DNA of 56,884 nucleotides from Octopus sinensis (GCF_006345805.1 NW_021833661.1:1-56884), one strand, 5' to 3'. Positions 12,076-24,619 are shown, counted from the first letter of the stretch. Numbers and translations are program-made. The notes: generated from the letters alone by a model not told the origin.

Positions 12076-12360
12076 ATTCAAAAACACGTATTCGAAAAAC
12101 ATTTATTTGAATAGAAAATTGTATGAATGAAAATTATTCAAAAGGAAAATTATACGCAATTTTTAAAATTTATTTAAGCAAAAATGATAAAATTAAAAAT
12201 CAATTACGCAAATTATCTAAATTTCGAATAACTGTTTTTCGAACAATTGTTTTCGAACAATTTTCATGATACGTCTGATTCTTTACTGTTGTTCTTATCT
12301 AAATTCTAGCGTTGGACTTATGTTCCTGAATCAGGCAATTTCTATACGTCTAGGAATAAA
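12076..12360. repeat. AT-rich insertion with repeated TTCGAA motifs, unclassified
   Basis: ttcgaa at about 12091, 12223, 12238 and 12252; begins where the R4 3' UTR stops. Confidence 0.35.
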
Positions 12361-12459
12361 CAATAGCGGTCCTCAAAATATCGGAGTCACGTGTCGAATT
12401 TAACACACATACGCACGCACACACACATTGATAAGTAGGCCAATATACCCTCATCATAA

Positions 12460-12897
12460 GGCGGCAAACTGGCAGAAACGTTAGCACGCCGGCCGAAACA
12501 TAGCGGTATTTCGTATGTCCGATCTTTTCATTTTGAAGGCCAGATTTTCCTAGTTAACTAAACAATTTGAAACTTCGCATACTGGTAGAATGTGTCAAAA
12601 GAAAACATTATTGTAAACAAAATTGAAATTAAACTACGTTTAAGTTACGAATTACAATTTTGTTTTCAATTTTGTTTTCAATAATGTTTTCTTTTGACAC
12701 ATTCTACCAGTATACGAAGTTTCAAATTGTTTAGTTAACTAGGAAAATCTGGCCTTCAAAATGAAAAGATCCCGTATGTCTACCTTGTGAGTTCAAATTC
12801 GGGGTCGATAAATTAAGTACCAGTTGCGTACTGAGGTCGATCTAATCGACTAGACCCCTTCCTCAAAATATCGGGCCTTGTGCCTAGAGTAGAAAAG
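12460..12897 (+). mobile_element. SINE family A2 with 18-bp TSD, interrupted by a MITE
   Basis: aatataccctcatcataa at 12442-12459 and 12898-12915; SINE body resumes at 12773. Confidence 0.9.
12520..12772. mobile_element. Foldback MITE, 253 bp, 109-bp TIRs, 8-bp TSD (hAT-like by TSD length)
   Basis: Arms 12520-12628 and 12664-12772 are reverse complements with 3 mismatches; CGTATGTC at 12512-12519 and 12773-12780. Confidence 0.9.
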
Positions 12898-13149
12898 AAT
12901 ATACCCTCATCATAATGAAAGTTATAAATATATTCAGGAAATACAAAGCAAAAGAATTAATTTCCATCAAGTGGAAGCATTGGCTGCTTCGCCATCTGAT
13001 GATCGTTAGTTTTCAAGTTTCAATCTATTTCATCTATCTTTCTACCGTCATTTACATACACACACACACACAGACACACAGAGACAGCCATTATGTTCTC
13101 ACACACAAAACACCACCACGTGCAATTTTCATACCATACATCCACGCGA

Positions 13150-13495
13150 GACAAACCGACAGATAGATAGACAGATAGACAGACCGACAGACAGACCAAC
13201 AGACAGACAAATAGATATATAGCTAGATAGATAAATAGATAAACAGACAGATAGACAGACAGACAAACAGACAGCTAGATAGACAGACAGACAGACAGAT
13301 AGAGAGAGAGAGAGCGACAGATAGATAGACAGATAGACAGACCGACAGACAGACCAACAGACAGACAGGCAGACAGACAGGTAGATATATAGTTAGATAG
13401 ATAAATAGATAAACAGACAGACAGACAGACCGACAGATAGACAGACAGACAGACCAACAGACAGACAGATAGAGAGAGAGAGAGCGATAGATGGA
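13150..13495. repeat. (GACA)n/(GATA)n compound repeat with duplicated blocks
   Basis: agacagaccgacagacagaccaacagacag recurs; gatagagagagagagagcga occurs twice. Confidence 0.9.
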
Positions 13496-14300
13496 TAGAC
13501 GTAGGAAAGCAATATGGCGGATAAATGTAAAAGTACTCAACCTTTAGACTCTCACAACACATACACACACATAAACATTCGTACACACACACACATACAC
13601 ACGCCAATTTCCTCGCAACACTCCTCCAAAAATAAGGATCCATTCATAACAGATGGTGGGTGGTTTAACTGGTGCCTTTTAAACGCTGTGGGAGAGTAAG
13701 ATTAATTGGACATCTGTTCTCACTATAAACTAATAAACTACAACTCGCTCGCATCTTCCATTAATAAACTCGCAGCGCTACAGGCAGACATTGCTAAACT
13801 GTGTCACTGCAAAGAAGCCGACTGGACAAAGTACCCAGATATTTCCCCTTTTTTGCTTTTTATAGTCCCTTTTTCGCTTTTTTACCTATTCTTTTCATTG
13901 CTGATATCAGCTAACTCTATGTAGTTTCTTGTCATGCTAGTTATAGCAACCACATTTTTTTTCGCTTTCAGAATTGTCGAAATAGAGAATAAACTCTTTG
14001 TGTATGTTCTTAACTGTCAGGACACTAGATCCTTCACAAAATTCCGTGTTCCCTTAAATTCCTCAATACTATTCCTCACCTTCTTATGTCCCCTTTCCTT
14101 TTTATTACTCTTTTAATGTTCCCTTTTCTAAGGGAAGGATTTTTTTCTAGTTTTCATTGCGGTCTTTCTTATAAATGCGGAAGGAAATTTGCTTAACGGG
14201 TGGAAACCCAGGTCCAAAATTTTTACAAATAGGGTCGATTTTGTTTTTTATCATAATATCAAAAAATAAAAAGATATTATTATTATCATTATTATTATTA

Positions 14301-14330
<30 letters not shown>

Positions 14331-14331
<1 letters not shown>

Positions 14332-14545
14332 GAGTGAGAGAGCAACACATACCATCAAAGTGACACTGAGATACAAATATGCAAAACTCAGTATACCCAT
14401 CATGACTACCCATTTGATGATGGTGCACCAGACACATGCATCACAACCATATGTGCGCGACATGGTGATCTCATATCAAGATAAACAGCACATGACCTTG
14501 CAGGTGGGACCCAATTAGCATTTTCTTCTGGACGAGTAGCCCATC
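14331..14545 (-). mobile_element. Probable 3' end of a non-LTR retroelement with (AAT)n tail
   Basis: Complex sequence joined directly to (TTA)n at 14275-14330; recalled as a dispersed octopus repeat, single copy in this window. Confidence 0.4.
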
Positions 14546-14612
14546 TTCAACGCTCCCTTGGAATTTTCCCAAGCCCCTAAGAGGGCAATACCGCCCATTT
14601 TGGGGACCGCTG
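14546..14612. mobile_element. hAT-like terminal fragment
   Basis: Ends cgcccattttggggaccgctg (reverse complement CAGCGGTCCCCAAA, typical of hAT/Charlie termini); partner end not found. Confidence 0.4.
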
Positions 14613-15140
14613 GCTTAATCGGTAAAAATGACCTGCGTCAGTGATTTCCGTACGTTCTCCAAGACCGATGAGAGTCCATGCGGCTGAGCCACGGTTGGAA
14701 TCGGCTGACGCCTTTGAAAGCAGTTTGGTTGCAGGCAGACAGACAGTCAGACATATTTATTTCTATGTTTCTGTGTGAAACCGAAAGTGCTGATATGGAT
14801 AGAGGAGACCAGACAGACATATGGTTGAGCAAAATGGTAAATAGGAAGATAGACAGATGGAGGGGGTAGTCGGAGAGACAGATGGAGAGACAGAGAGATG
14901 GGTAGACAGACAAACAGACATATAAATAGACAGACAGACAGACAGATAAATAGAGATGGAAACAGACCGACGATTTTGGCACTGAGACAATAGTGGGTGG
15001 GGAAACGGCGCGAAGGGTGAGGCGGTGCCTAGATATAAACGGAACAATGGCTTAGTAACTATGTAAGTTTCTCGTGGTAGGTTGTAAGTAGTAGTAGTAG
15101 TAGTAGTAGTGTAGTAGTAGTAGTAGTAGCAGTAGCAGCT

Positions 15141-15189
<49 letters not shown>

Positions 15190-15239
15190 CAGCAGTAGTA
15201 GTAGTAGTAGTAGTAGTAGCAGCAGCAGTAGTAGTAGTA

Positions 15240-15270
<31 letters not shown>

Positions 15271-15295
15271 CAGCAGAAGCAGTAGCAGCAGCAGC

Positions 15296-15337
<42 letters not shown>

Positions 15338-15342
15338 TATTG

Positions 15343-15610
15343 TGGTTTAGCCCCCAAAGTCAGCCATGGTACCCCAGATAGAACTAAGGACATTTATAGG
15401 GCACAGTGTGTTCAAAATGTTCTCTGAGATGGTAGGGTACAACTTGAGGGAGATTTGATCTCTTATTTCTAGGAGATCGACTGACCACCTGGTGGTTCCC
15501 TTCTTGGGAGGTGAAGTGGTGATATCATTGTTTAACCCCCAAATCAGCCCAGATTCAATAAATCAATGATTAGAGGCGTTCTAACCATGACCATTACGTC
15601 CTTTTTCCTA
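15343..15610 (-). mobile_element. Two family D pieces, the first preceded by (TAG)n 15088-15340
   Basis: gtttagcccc..gtcagcc ... gagggagatttg..tatttctagg (15343-15500); tttaacccccaaatcagccc ... ccatgaccattacgtc (15530-15605). Confidence 0.65.
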
Positions 15611-16009
15611 AGTGCAGGGAACCCGTGACTGCGGTGATGATGGTGGTGATGACCGTGGAGGTGGTAACAGTGTTGGTGGTGGTGGTGATGGTTGTGGTGG
15701 TGGCAGTAGTGGTGGTGGTGAAGTGAGTGGTAGTGGTTGTGGTGGTTCTGGTAATAGTAGTAGTGGTGGTGGTGGTGGTGGTGACTGTGGAAGTTGTAGC
15801 ACTAGTGTTGGGGGTGGTTGTGGTAGTAGTAGTGGTGGTAGAGTGAGTGGAGGTGGTGGTGGTGGTGGTGGTGGTGCTGGTGCTGGTGGTGGAGGGAGTA
15901 GTGGTGGTGCTGGTGCTGGTGCTGGTGGTAGTGCCAAGTTTCCTACAAACCACCTGATCAAACCATCAAACTAACCAGTTTGACGTCAGACGAAATATTA
16001 TCCGAGTAA

Positions 16010-16580
16010 AAAGATTGTATTGCATTGCTGAAATCCCAAAGAGAACAAGGCCAGGGTGGAAGGCTCTTAACTCAATAAAGGATGTGATCCAAACGAATCT
16101 AGACAATTTTATACGTGCCAGACTCTTCCACAGCATCGTCCTAGCTGCACTCTTATACCCAAGTGAGACGTGGGCTGTTACGAAGAGGATAGAACATTCG
16201 CTTGGCTGTAATGTAAAGGGCCATGGAAAGACCCTTTGCTAGGAATATCACTAAGAAACCACGTTTGGAATGAGATAATTCAAGAAGGGAGCAGAATGAA
16301 CAATGTGGTGGTTGCAGAGTACCAAAAGCACAAGTTCTGCTGGGTTGGACATTTCGTAAGGTTCACAGAAAATCAGGTGGACCCGTGCATTTGATGAATG
16401 GTATCCAAGAGATCGGGAATGACCACTTGGAAGATCTCCACGATGATGCGAAAACGATTTAGTCAAGTAATTTGGGTCAAGATGGAAGAGAATGGCACAA
16501 TCAAGACAACTGTATGCGCACTGTGACCAGCGGTGTGTAACAACATCTGCTGGCCTGGTTGATACTGTGATAGTGTGATT
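16010..16580 (+). mobile_element. RTE-clade LINE, 3' fragment (RT C-terminal region), frameshifted
   Basis: GWKALNSIKDV..RARLFHS.VL.ALLY.SETW, then LGISLR.HV.NE, K..W.GH..RF.ENRWT...EWYPR across frames with stops. Confidence 0.85.
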
Positions 16581-16784
16581 ATTATATTACATTAGATTTA
16601 TACGCGAAGGTATGCACTTAATATACACACACAATCCTGAGTGCATGTGAGTGTGTGTCTGTGTGTGTATGTGTGTGTGTGTGTGTATCATTTTTCAGTC
16701 TGCGGAGGAATGGATAAAATCTACCCTATTTATAATTATATAATATGTTACGTATATATGTGTGTATGTATGTATATATATATA

Positions 16785-16849
<65 letters not shown>

Positions 16850-16860
16850 TATATATATAT

Positions 16861-17009
16861 ACGGAGAATTTACAAAAAACAACAAAAGACGAAGACAGGT
16901 GGCGTAGACAACAAACAGATGTATTAGTTTAACGCTCGGGAAGTGGAAAAGTCTTTAATGTTTCGAGCCTACGCTCTTCCACAGAAAGGAACACAGAAAG
17001 AAACAAGGA
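16861..17009. mobile_element. Penelope-like short repeat next to (TA)n, copy 2
   Basis: Homologous to 2360-2560; minus strand reads ccttt CTGTGGA a GAGC gtag GCTC GAAAC ATT aaag (16951-16989). Confidence 0.65.
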
Positions 17010-17814
17010 TGGATGGATGAATGGATGGATGGATGCATATTCATATATATATATGTTCGTTTCTTTTGTTTGAAGAATTACTCCTTTTAAATAGAGTACA
17101 AATTTATTAAACTTTGCCGAAAGAGGGATAACTATGACCTCGCAGTTTAATGAGAGAAAGAGATAAAGGAAACAAAAGCTACCTAAAACCATCATTTTCA
17201 TGTATTGGTGATCAATGGACACAATGATATCGACCCGTACGCCGCTTCAGGAGTGAGGTGGAGGCATCAATACAAGAACACAAAGAATCACAACTTGTCT
17301 TACATTTAGTACACCAAGAAACCGTGGAATGAAACCGTGGTACGGCAATATATTATTGCCACAACTCGGTAGTATAGTAGTATATATATATACATATATA
17401 CATACATGCATAAACACACACACATGTACATATATGTATATATGTATATGTATATATGCATACACACACTCATGTATATATGTATATGAAGTATGTTCTA
17501 GTAATAAATATATATTTAGACAAATCTTTCATGATCGCCATGGAAGATTATGATCGGTTGTGAGGCTTAACACCTGCAAAGAATGTGAAGGTTTCTGGCA
17601 TTTTGTTTCCCATAAGAAGGAGAAATGAAGTGCTGTAAGAGGGTTTTCTTGATATGCGAACGTGCCCTGATACTGTTAAATGAGTTTATCCTACCCGGCC
17701 CAAATCCAGAATGTTTTGGAAGTTTTTTTCCCATAGAAGTAATGCAGAAGGCGAATAATTCACTCAACATCATCGCACAAATGGAAGCTGAGCTATCAAG
17801 AAAGCTTCCGCCTT

Positions 17815-18005
17815 GCTGTTCAACTTGATGGTAATAGCGACTAAATCTCCCTCAAATCACACCAGACCTTAAATAAGAACACATTGGATACTGTAGTCTG
17901 AGGTACACTTCGGCTGAAAAGAAAAAAAGACGTGATGCTTTTATATATATATACATTACTTTTGACTATTATTCTGCTCTGTCAGAGCTGACTTGGAATT
18001 AAATT
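17815..18005 (+). mobile_element. Family D, diverged
   Basis: aatagcgactaaatctccctcaaatcacacc ... acattggata.tgtagtc ... aaaaaagacg ... tcagagctgacttgg. Confidence 0.6.
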
Positions 18006-18030
18006 ACAAAACCCCCCAGCACTTATACGC

Positions 18031-18720
18031 ACAGCGTATAGAAGTTGACTAGAATGACAGCCAGTGTGTAGACATTGACTGGATTGACAGAAACAGTATA
18101 GATGTTAAGATGCAGTGCGCAGATATTGACTAGAATGACAGCTAGTGTGTAGACGTTGACTGGATTGACAGATAGTGTATTGATGTTGGCTCAATTGACA
18201 GAGAGTGTGTACATAGATGCTGACTAGACTGACAGAATGTTGATGTTGACTGGATTGACAATGTGTCGATGTCAATTGGACTGACAGACAACGTATTCAT
18301 GTTGATTCGTTTGACTGACATAGTGTGTAGATCTTGACTGGATTGACAGACAATGAGTTGGTGTTGATTCTAGTCATAGTATTATGTAGATGATGGTTTT
18401 ATTGGCTTAGTGTTGACTAACGAGTCACGGTGAGTACATGGTTACTGGGTTGACAGACAGATTGTTAGTGTTTCTGAGAATGACAGAGATTGTGCTGACA
18501 TTGATTGGATTGACCAACACAGTGTGCAGATACTGAGTGAGTACACAGACACAATGTGTATTGACAAGGTTGACAGGCATATTGCGTTGACATCGGGTCA
18601 ATAAACACACGCACGAGCGCGAGCGCCCAAACGCAGAGGGAAGATGTGTAGTCGTGTAAGCGTTGACTGGATAGTAAGATTAACTATTTACAAGATTGAG
18701 GGTTACAGCGTGTGGATATT
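18031..18720. repeat. Degenerate ~30-bp minisatellite
   Basis: Consensus near cagtgtgtagatgttgactggattgacaga; clear to about 18400 and decaying beyond. Confidence 0.8.
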
Positions 18721-19389
18721 GAGTAAAATCACAATGTGTAAAAAAGTTGATCGATAGGCATAAATGCTTATTGTTGTGATGCCTTCTGGATTATGCGTAG
18801 GCATTGCTTTGACAGTTGTTACGAAAAAATATTAACCATTCTGCCACTTCGATTCACTTCTATATTCTACCATATTTGACCATTAATATACCACTTTACC
18901 AATGCCAGTTTCAAAGGCACATTAGTATCTTGGCTTTATCACCACCACCACCACCACTAGCGCCACCGTCGCTTTCGCCGCCCAAACAACATTAACAAAT
19001 TTAGTGCTTCCGGCATATTTAACCATTTCTTCACATATTACACAACCACTACCACCACCACCATTAACGCCACTACTATTACTACTGCTGCTACTGCTAC
19101 CACCTTCCCTTCAGTTACTTCTACCACCACCACCACTACCACCACCACTACTACTACAACTACTATACAACAAACTACTACTTCTACAACTACTACTACA
19201 ACTACTACCACTACTAATACTATTACTATTACTACATTACTACTACGCCAAACTGCTGCTGCTGCTATTACTACTACTACTTATTGCAGCTGCAGACCAG
19301 GCTATTCGTACTCTACTGTTCATCACTACCCCTGCAGCTATTTATCAAAATAAACACGGCCCGCCCTACTTAACAACCAGCCAGATGTA

Positions 19390-19432
<43 letters not shown>

Positions 19433-19659
19433 TCACACACACACACATTCACCCACCCACTCACTTCCATCCCTATCTCCAGTTCCTTGATGTTCAAATA
19501 AGTGTACGAGCACATGTATGTGGAGGGGAGAGCAATTTTCAGTCACACCCCCGACTTCTCATACATTGTGGCGATATGATTGCAATAGTAACCGTAAAAG
19601 ACCTTAAATTTAGAAGGACCAGGCGGTTAAAATCAATCTTAGCATTTTGACTAGAATTT

Positions 19660-20040
19660 TCACCAGAAGAGAATTAATGCATTCGAGCTTTGGTGTTGGA
19701 GAAAACTTTTTACGGATTCCATGCACAGCGAGGCTCACCAATGGAGAAGTTCTTAACCAGATCAAGCCGAAAGTGTCGCTAGAAGCTAGGATCACCAAGC
19801 ATAGATTGACATATTTTGGTCATATTATGCGGAGAAAATCTCTGGAGAAGGACATCATGCTCGGAATGGTCAGTGGCAAGAGAAGAAGAGGCCAACCAAG
19901 AATCCGCTAGCTTGACACCATCAAGAGTGACACGGGAATGGACATAGCCAATCTGAAAGAAGCGACCCAGGAGCACACTGGCTGGAGGGCACTGATCCAA
20001 CGAGTGACCGAGAGTCGACTTCGACTGAGCGGATAGAGAG
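19660..20040 (+). mobile_element. RTE-BovB-like LINE, 3' terminal fragment
   Basis: RINAFELWCWRK then (frameshift) RIP.TAR.TN.EVL ... YFGHIMRR.SLEK.IMLG.V.GKRRRGQPR; in-frame stop at 19910; ends gagagtcgacttcgactgagcgg. Confidence 0.9.
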
Positions 20041-20044
20041 ACAG

Positions 20045-20140
20045 ATTTTGACTGGTATTTTATTTTTGTTCAAACCTTGGAGGTCGATAAGCAAAGCTGA
20101 CTTCGGCGAGAATCGAACTCAGAATGTAGAGGTCCGGAAA
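20045..20140 (-). mobile_element. SINE family A fragment
   Basis: actggtattttat ... gcaaagctgacttcggcgagaatcgaactcagaa. Confidence 0.55.
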
Positions 20141-20515
20141 GTGTCAGCCTGTCTGATACCTCTGTGATCCTGATCAAGTCAAAGTAATAACTGTGTTTGT
20201 TATCAAAGTCGTCCTCGTCGCCACCGATGTTGTTTCGTCTTGGGTCAGCACTGAAGGAGCACATCTATCAATAAAGACTCCCCACCCATGACCATCATAC
20301 CTTTTCTCTTTAGACTGTCCAAAGCTCGTTCTTTTTCATGAGGTTAGTCTGGGTGATTTGAGAGAGATTTGACTGATGCTTGCAGCAGATCAGGTTTCGT
20401 CTTTAGTTTATGGCAAACATTTGATGGTCATCGTTGCTGTTCTTGTTTAACCCTGTGATCAATGATATTCCAGCCGCGACCATCACGTATTTTATTCAGA
20501 TATAGTGGAGTATAG

Positions 20516-20916
20516 GCGTAGGAGTGGCTGTGTGGTAAGTAGCTTGCATACCAACCACATGGTTCCGGGTTCAGTCCCACTGCATGGCACGTTGGGCAAG
20601 TGTCTTCTACTATAGCCCCGGGCCGACCAAAGCCTTGTGAGTAGATTTGGTAGACGGAAACTGAAAAGAAGCCAGTCATATATATGTCTATATATGTATG
20701 TGTGTATATGTTTGTGTGTCTGTTTGCCCCCCACCCCAAATCGCTTGACAACCGATGTGTTTACGTCCCCACAACTTAGCGGTTCGGCAAAAGAGACCGA
20801 TAGAATAAGTACTAGGCTTACAAAGAATAAGTCCTGGGGGGGGTCGATCTGCTCGACTAAAGGCGGTGCTCCAGCATGGCCACAGTCAAATGACTGAAAC
20901 AAGTAAGAGTAAAGAG
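20516..20916 (+). mobile_element. SINE family B, full length
   Basis: Head ggcgtaggagtggctgtgtggtaagtagc through tail gactgaaacaagtaagag. Confidence 0.9.
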
Positions 20917-20945
20917 CATTCCAGTGAGTCCTCCTTTTATAAAGT

Positions 20946-21038
<93 letters not shown>

Positions 21039-21294
21039 TATTGCTGTTTTTTAGACCAAGGTCAGCCACAGAAAAAAAATCAGATCTAGGTTCAAAGACA
21101 GAATTCAGTCGGCCGTGACCATCTCGAGCTTTATTCAGATACAGTGGATCTTGAACACCCGGGGCCCCCAGGAGAGATTTTTGCAAAGCGGAACAAGACT
21201 AATTTCGGAGTCTTTTAAGGAAAGGATACCTTCGGGACCTCTCAAATCTCAAAGAAGCCGTGAAGCTTTCTGATATGTGTGTGTGGTATGAAGC

Positions 21295-21326
<32 letters not shown>

Positions 21327-21844
21327 GTGTGTGTGTATGTATGTATATATGTATGTATGTATTTATGTATGTATGTATGTATGTATGTGTGTGTATGTAT
21401 GTATGTATATACGTATGTATGTATTTATGTATGTATGTATGTATGTATGTATGTATGTATGTATGTATGTATGTATGTTAGTGGATGATGGTGAACCCGC
21501 CAGATATTTACGGTCCCGTTTGACTCAAGGGGTCCGATGTACCGACTGAACTCCCCCAGCTCAATCTTCATAGGCACTAAAACCTTTCCTTTTTTCTAAC
21601 ACTGGTAGCATGTAATTTAGAGATGTTTAGCTGCTATTTCCAGCTCTCACATCGGCTCGTCCAGGGAGATGTGGCATTAATTGCCTGGCAGCGTCTCAGC
21701 TTGGCTCGATGCTTTCTTGTTATTTCAGTACACATTACCATCTACATAATACTCACACACGAACATAAACGGCCTCACACACACATACACAGACGCACAC
21801 ACAGACACACACACAATTTACACATGCCATACATGAATGTGTGT

Positions 21845-21875
<31 letters not shown>

Positions 21876-21931
21876 CGCGTATATATACACACCCACCCAC
21901 CCACACACACATACATACACACACACACATA

Positions 21932-22155
21932 TCTTTTCTTTTACTTTTTCGAGTCATTGGACTGCGGCCATGCTGGGGCCACACCTTGAAGAATTTTATT
22001 CGATCGAATCTACCCCTGTGCTTAGTTTTTAAACGTTTGGTGTTCACAAGGCTTTGGTCGGCTCGGGCCAATCGTCGAAGATACTTGACCAAGGAGCCAC
22101 GCAGTATGATTGAACCCAGAGCCATGTGATTACGAAGCAGATTTCTTAACACAGA
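21932..22155 (-). mobile_element. SINE family B-related, internally deleted and diverged
   Basis: gtcattggactgcggccatgctgg (tail) joined to cacaaggctttggtcggctc ... ttgaaccc (head). Confidence 0.65.
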
Positions 22156-22701
22156 GTCAAATGTATAAGTTGTGAGTGTATTTGTGTGCGTTTGTGTGTA
22201 TGAAAGTATGTATGTATGTATAGATAGATAGATGGATGGATGAATACACATACATACATAGATACGTGTATGGTTCTCCGTCGGTTTCAGCGATGATGTT
22301 TCAATCATTCGATCAACTGGTTTACCCGCTCATTAAATTATTTTTTAAAGACTTAGGATTCCACAGACACGTTTACCCTTAGCATAATTTGGAAGACCAA
22401 TTAATGTGAGGCCCAGAGAGAGAGGGAGAGAAGCAGACAGACGGAAAGACGACGGACAGACAGACAGGCAGACAGAAAGAGAGAGAGAGGAGAAGGCAGA
22501 AGACGAACAAAATGAGTAGAGATAGTGAAAAATTTGCGCAAATTCTTCGACTTGCCAAACAGTTCCAGAGGTGAAGCAGTGGGGAATAGACGTAATAATT
22601 GGCCTGGCCTTGCCTGACTTCTTGCAGGTGTACTCTATTCATGGCACAAGTACTTTCTTCACACACGTGACTAAATACACCAATCTGTCTTGATTACTTC
22701 A

Positions 22702-22740
<39 letters not shown>

Positions 22741-22778
22741 ACACACACACACACACATACACACGCACAGATGGAAGA

Positions 22779-23402
22779 GCACAAACACGCACACAGACAC
22801 ACCCAAGTTATCTTTTAAAAACCGTGAATGCTTTTTGAACATACATGCTGACAGAGCCTGTATGTGGGAATGGGTCAGCCGGTGCATCGGCCTAGGATCC
22901 ACAGAATCAAGGGTAGAGCCATGATTACCTGAAGGGCTGGACCTGTTCAATACAATAAATTAGCAAAGAGTAAACGCAAGTCCCTTGGAGTTTTGAGAGA
23001 ACCCGTTTTGGAGGATTCCGACACCACATTTCGTTCTGCCTTACAAAATTCCTCCCGGAGACCCTGCATGCTGACACACACACACACACACATACTCTCA
23101 CTCACACACACACAAATGCACACGCACACACACACACACACACAGAGGCAAGCGCACAAACACGCACACAGACACACCCAAATTATCTTTTAAAAACCGT
23201 GTACAGTTAAGGATGCTTTTTGAACATACATGCTGACAGAGCCTGTATGTGGGAATGGGTCAGCCGGTGCATCGGCCTAGGATCCACAGAATCAAGGATG
23301 GAGCCATGATTACCTGAAAGGCTGGACATGTCCAATAATAGAACATAAAATAATTAAGTAAAGAGTTACCACAAGCACCTTGGAGTTTTGAGAGAACTCG
23401 TT
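22779..23402. repeat. Local direct duplication of ~230-250 bp, period 375 bp
   Basis: Units 22779-23007 and 23154-23402 share gcacaaacacgc ... catgctgacagagcctgtatgtgggaatgggtcagccggtgcatcggcctaggatccacagaatcaagg ... ttggagttttgagagaac. Confidence 0.9.
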
Positions 23403-24520
23403 GTGTTTGGCCAAACTGAAATGTCTTCACAGCTTCCGGTGGAATGGATACATTCCATGAGTTAGTTGGTCGATTTACTGCTAGCGTTCTCTAGAAGGCG
23501 GACTTGGCGGGTTTGGCGTGCCGTGGCTACTGATGCATAAACACGCACTGAGGCTACCTCACCTGCAAGTTTTCCGAGGTAGTGTAGACACCATTTGTAA
23601 AGCATATTTTTCCACATCTCATCTCTTTGACGGAATTGAAGATTGGGCTCCAGACGCCTGGAACCTAAAATGCCGTCGGCCGCTCACCGCTTTTTACCAG
23701 TCAGGCTATGCGGTCAGTATAAGTTCTACGTTTAGGAATATATAGAGATCTGGTGGTGAGTATTCTGAGACCCCCTTCGGTCACGACACAGACCATGGGA
23801 TTGCACCTAGAAAGTTACCCTCTCAGGAACAAGTCCGGGCAAGGTTGTTTATGGAAGACCAGCAGTCGCCCAAGCATACTGGTGTCCCCTCTCCACACCA
23901 CCAGTGTTATCCAAGGGAAAGGCAAAGGGGCCGATACAGCTTGGCACCAGTGATGTCGCAACTTATTTCTACAGCTGAGTGAACTGGAGCAACGTGAAAT
24001 AAAGTGTCTTGCTCAAGAACACAACACGCAGCCCGGTCCGGGATTCGAGCTCACAACCTCACGATCGTAAGCTCGACGCCCTAACCACTGAGCTATGCGC
24101 CTTCACAGTGGTGAGTAAGAGTGATGATATTCTTGGGGAAACACTCGGCGTCGACGAGGACGAACTAACCAGTCTGTTTCGGAGGACCTTCGTGTCGAGA
24201 GCTACCATGGATAACATCAAAAATCAATGGCCTGACAGTGCTATCAGACGGACTGTCCGAAACGCGTGTAAGAGCGACGAAACCGTACAGCACGCACTCG
24301 TGCAGTGTCCGAGAATTGTCACCTTATGTAGAACAACTGTTGTCGAGTGTCGGAGGATGCGGGTACCGGCCAACTCCATGGTGAGGCCCGTACCAGCAGG
24401 TGGGGTTCATCTGTCTGGTGGCTTTGGCGAAAGAGGTCATATTGTGGTGGACGAGACTGAAAGGATTAGGGACAGACACCCTCTTGTTCGGTGTGTTCGC
24501 AGTTGCTTCGTCCGCTAGAA
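23400..24520 (+). mobile_element. Tx1/L1-like LINE ORF2 C-terminal fragment, degenerate, split by SINE C
   Basis: LAKL..L.SF.W.G, LEGGLG..PWLL.K HAL, DDILGETLGV, C..DETVQHALVQCP zinc knuckle, FICLVALAKEV..WWTRLKG across frames with stops. Confidence 0.75.
23763..24107 (-). mobile_element. SINE family C, full length, tRNA-like head, 10-bp TSD
   Basis: Minus strand starts gtgaaggcgcatagctcagtggttagggcg ... gagctcgaatcccgg; gtggtgagta at 23753-23762 and 24108-24117. Confidence 0.9.
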
Positions 24521-24619
24521 ACAACGGTCAAATTCCTTTAAATCCCTTCGCACTGCTTTGAAGAAACAAAGCAAATACCGGTACTTGGGAACGATCCTAC
24601 CAACCATCTCTGTGTGTGT

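Noticed and set aside
15612-15974. Gly-rich (+) and Thr/Pro-rich (-) ORFs resembling structural proteins or mucins
   Set aside because: Degenerate (GGT)n tract between a family D piece and a LINE fragment.
24030-24105. tRNA gene on the minus strand (also 32105-32179 and 53876-53920)
   Set aside because: A- and B-box-like motifs are present, but the cloverleaf is not convincing and it continues into a shared SINE body with a TSD.
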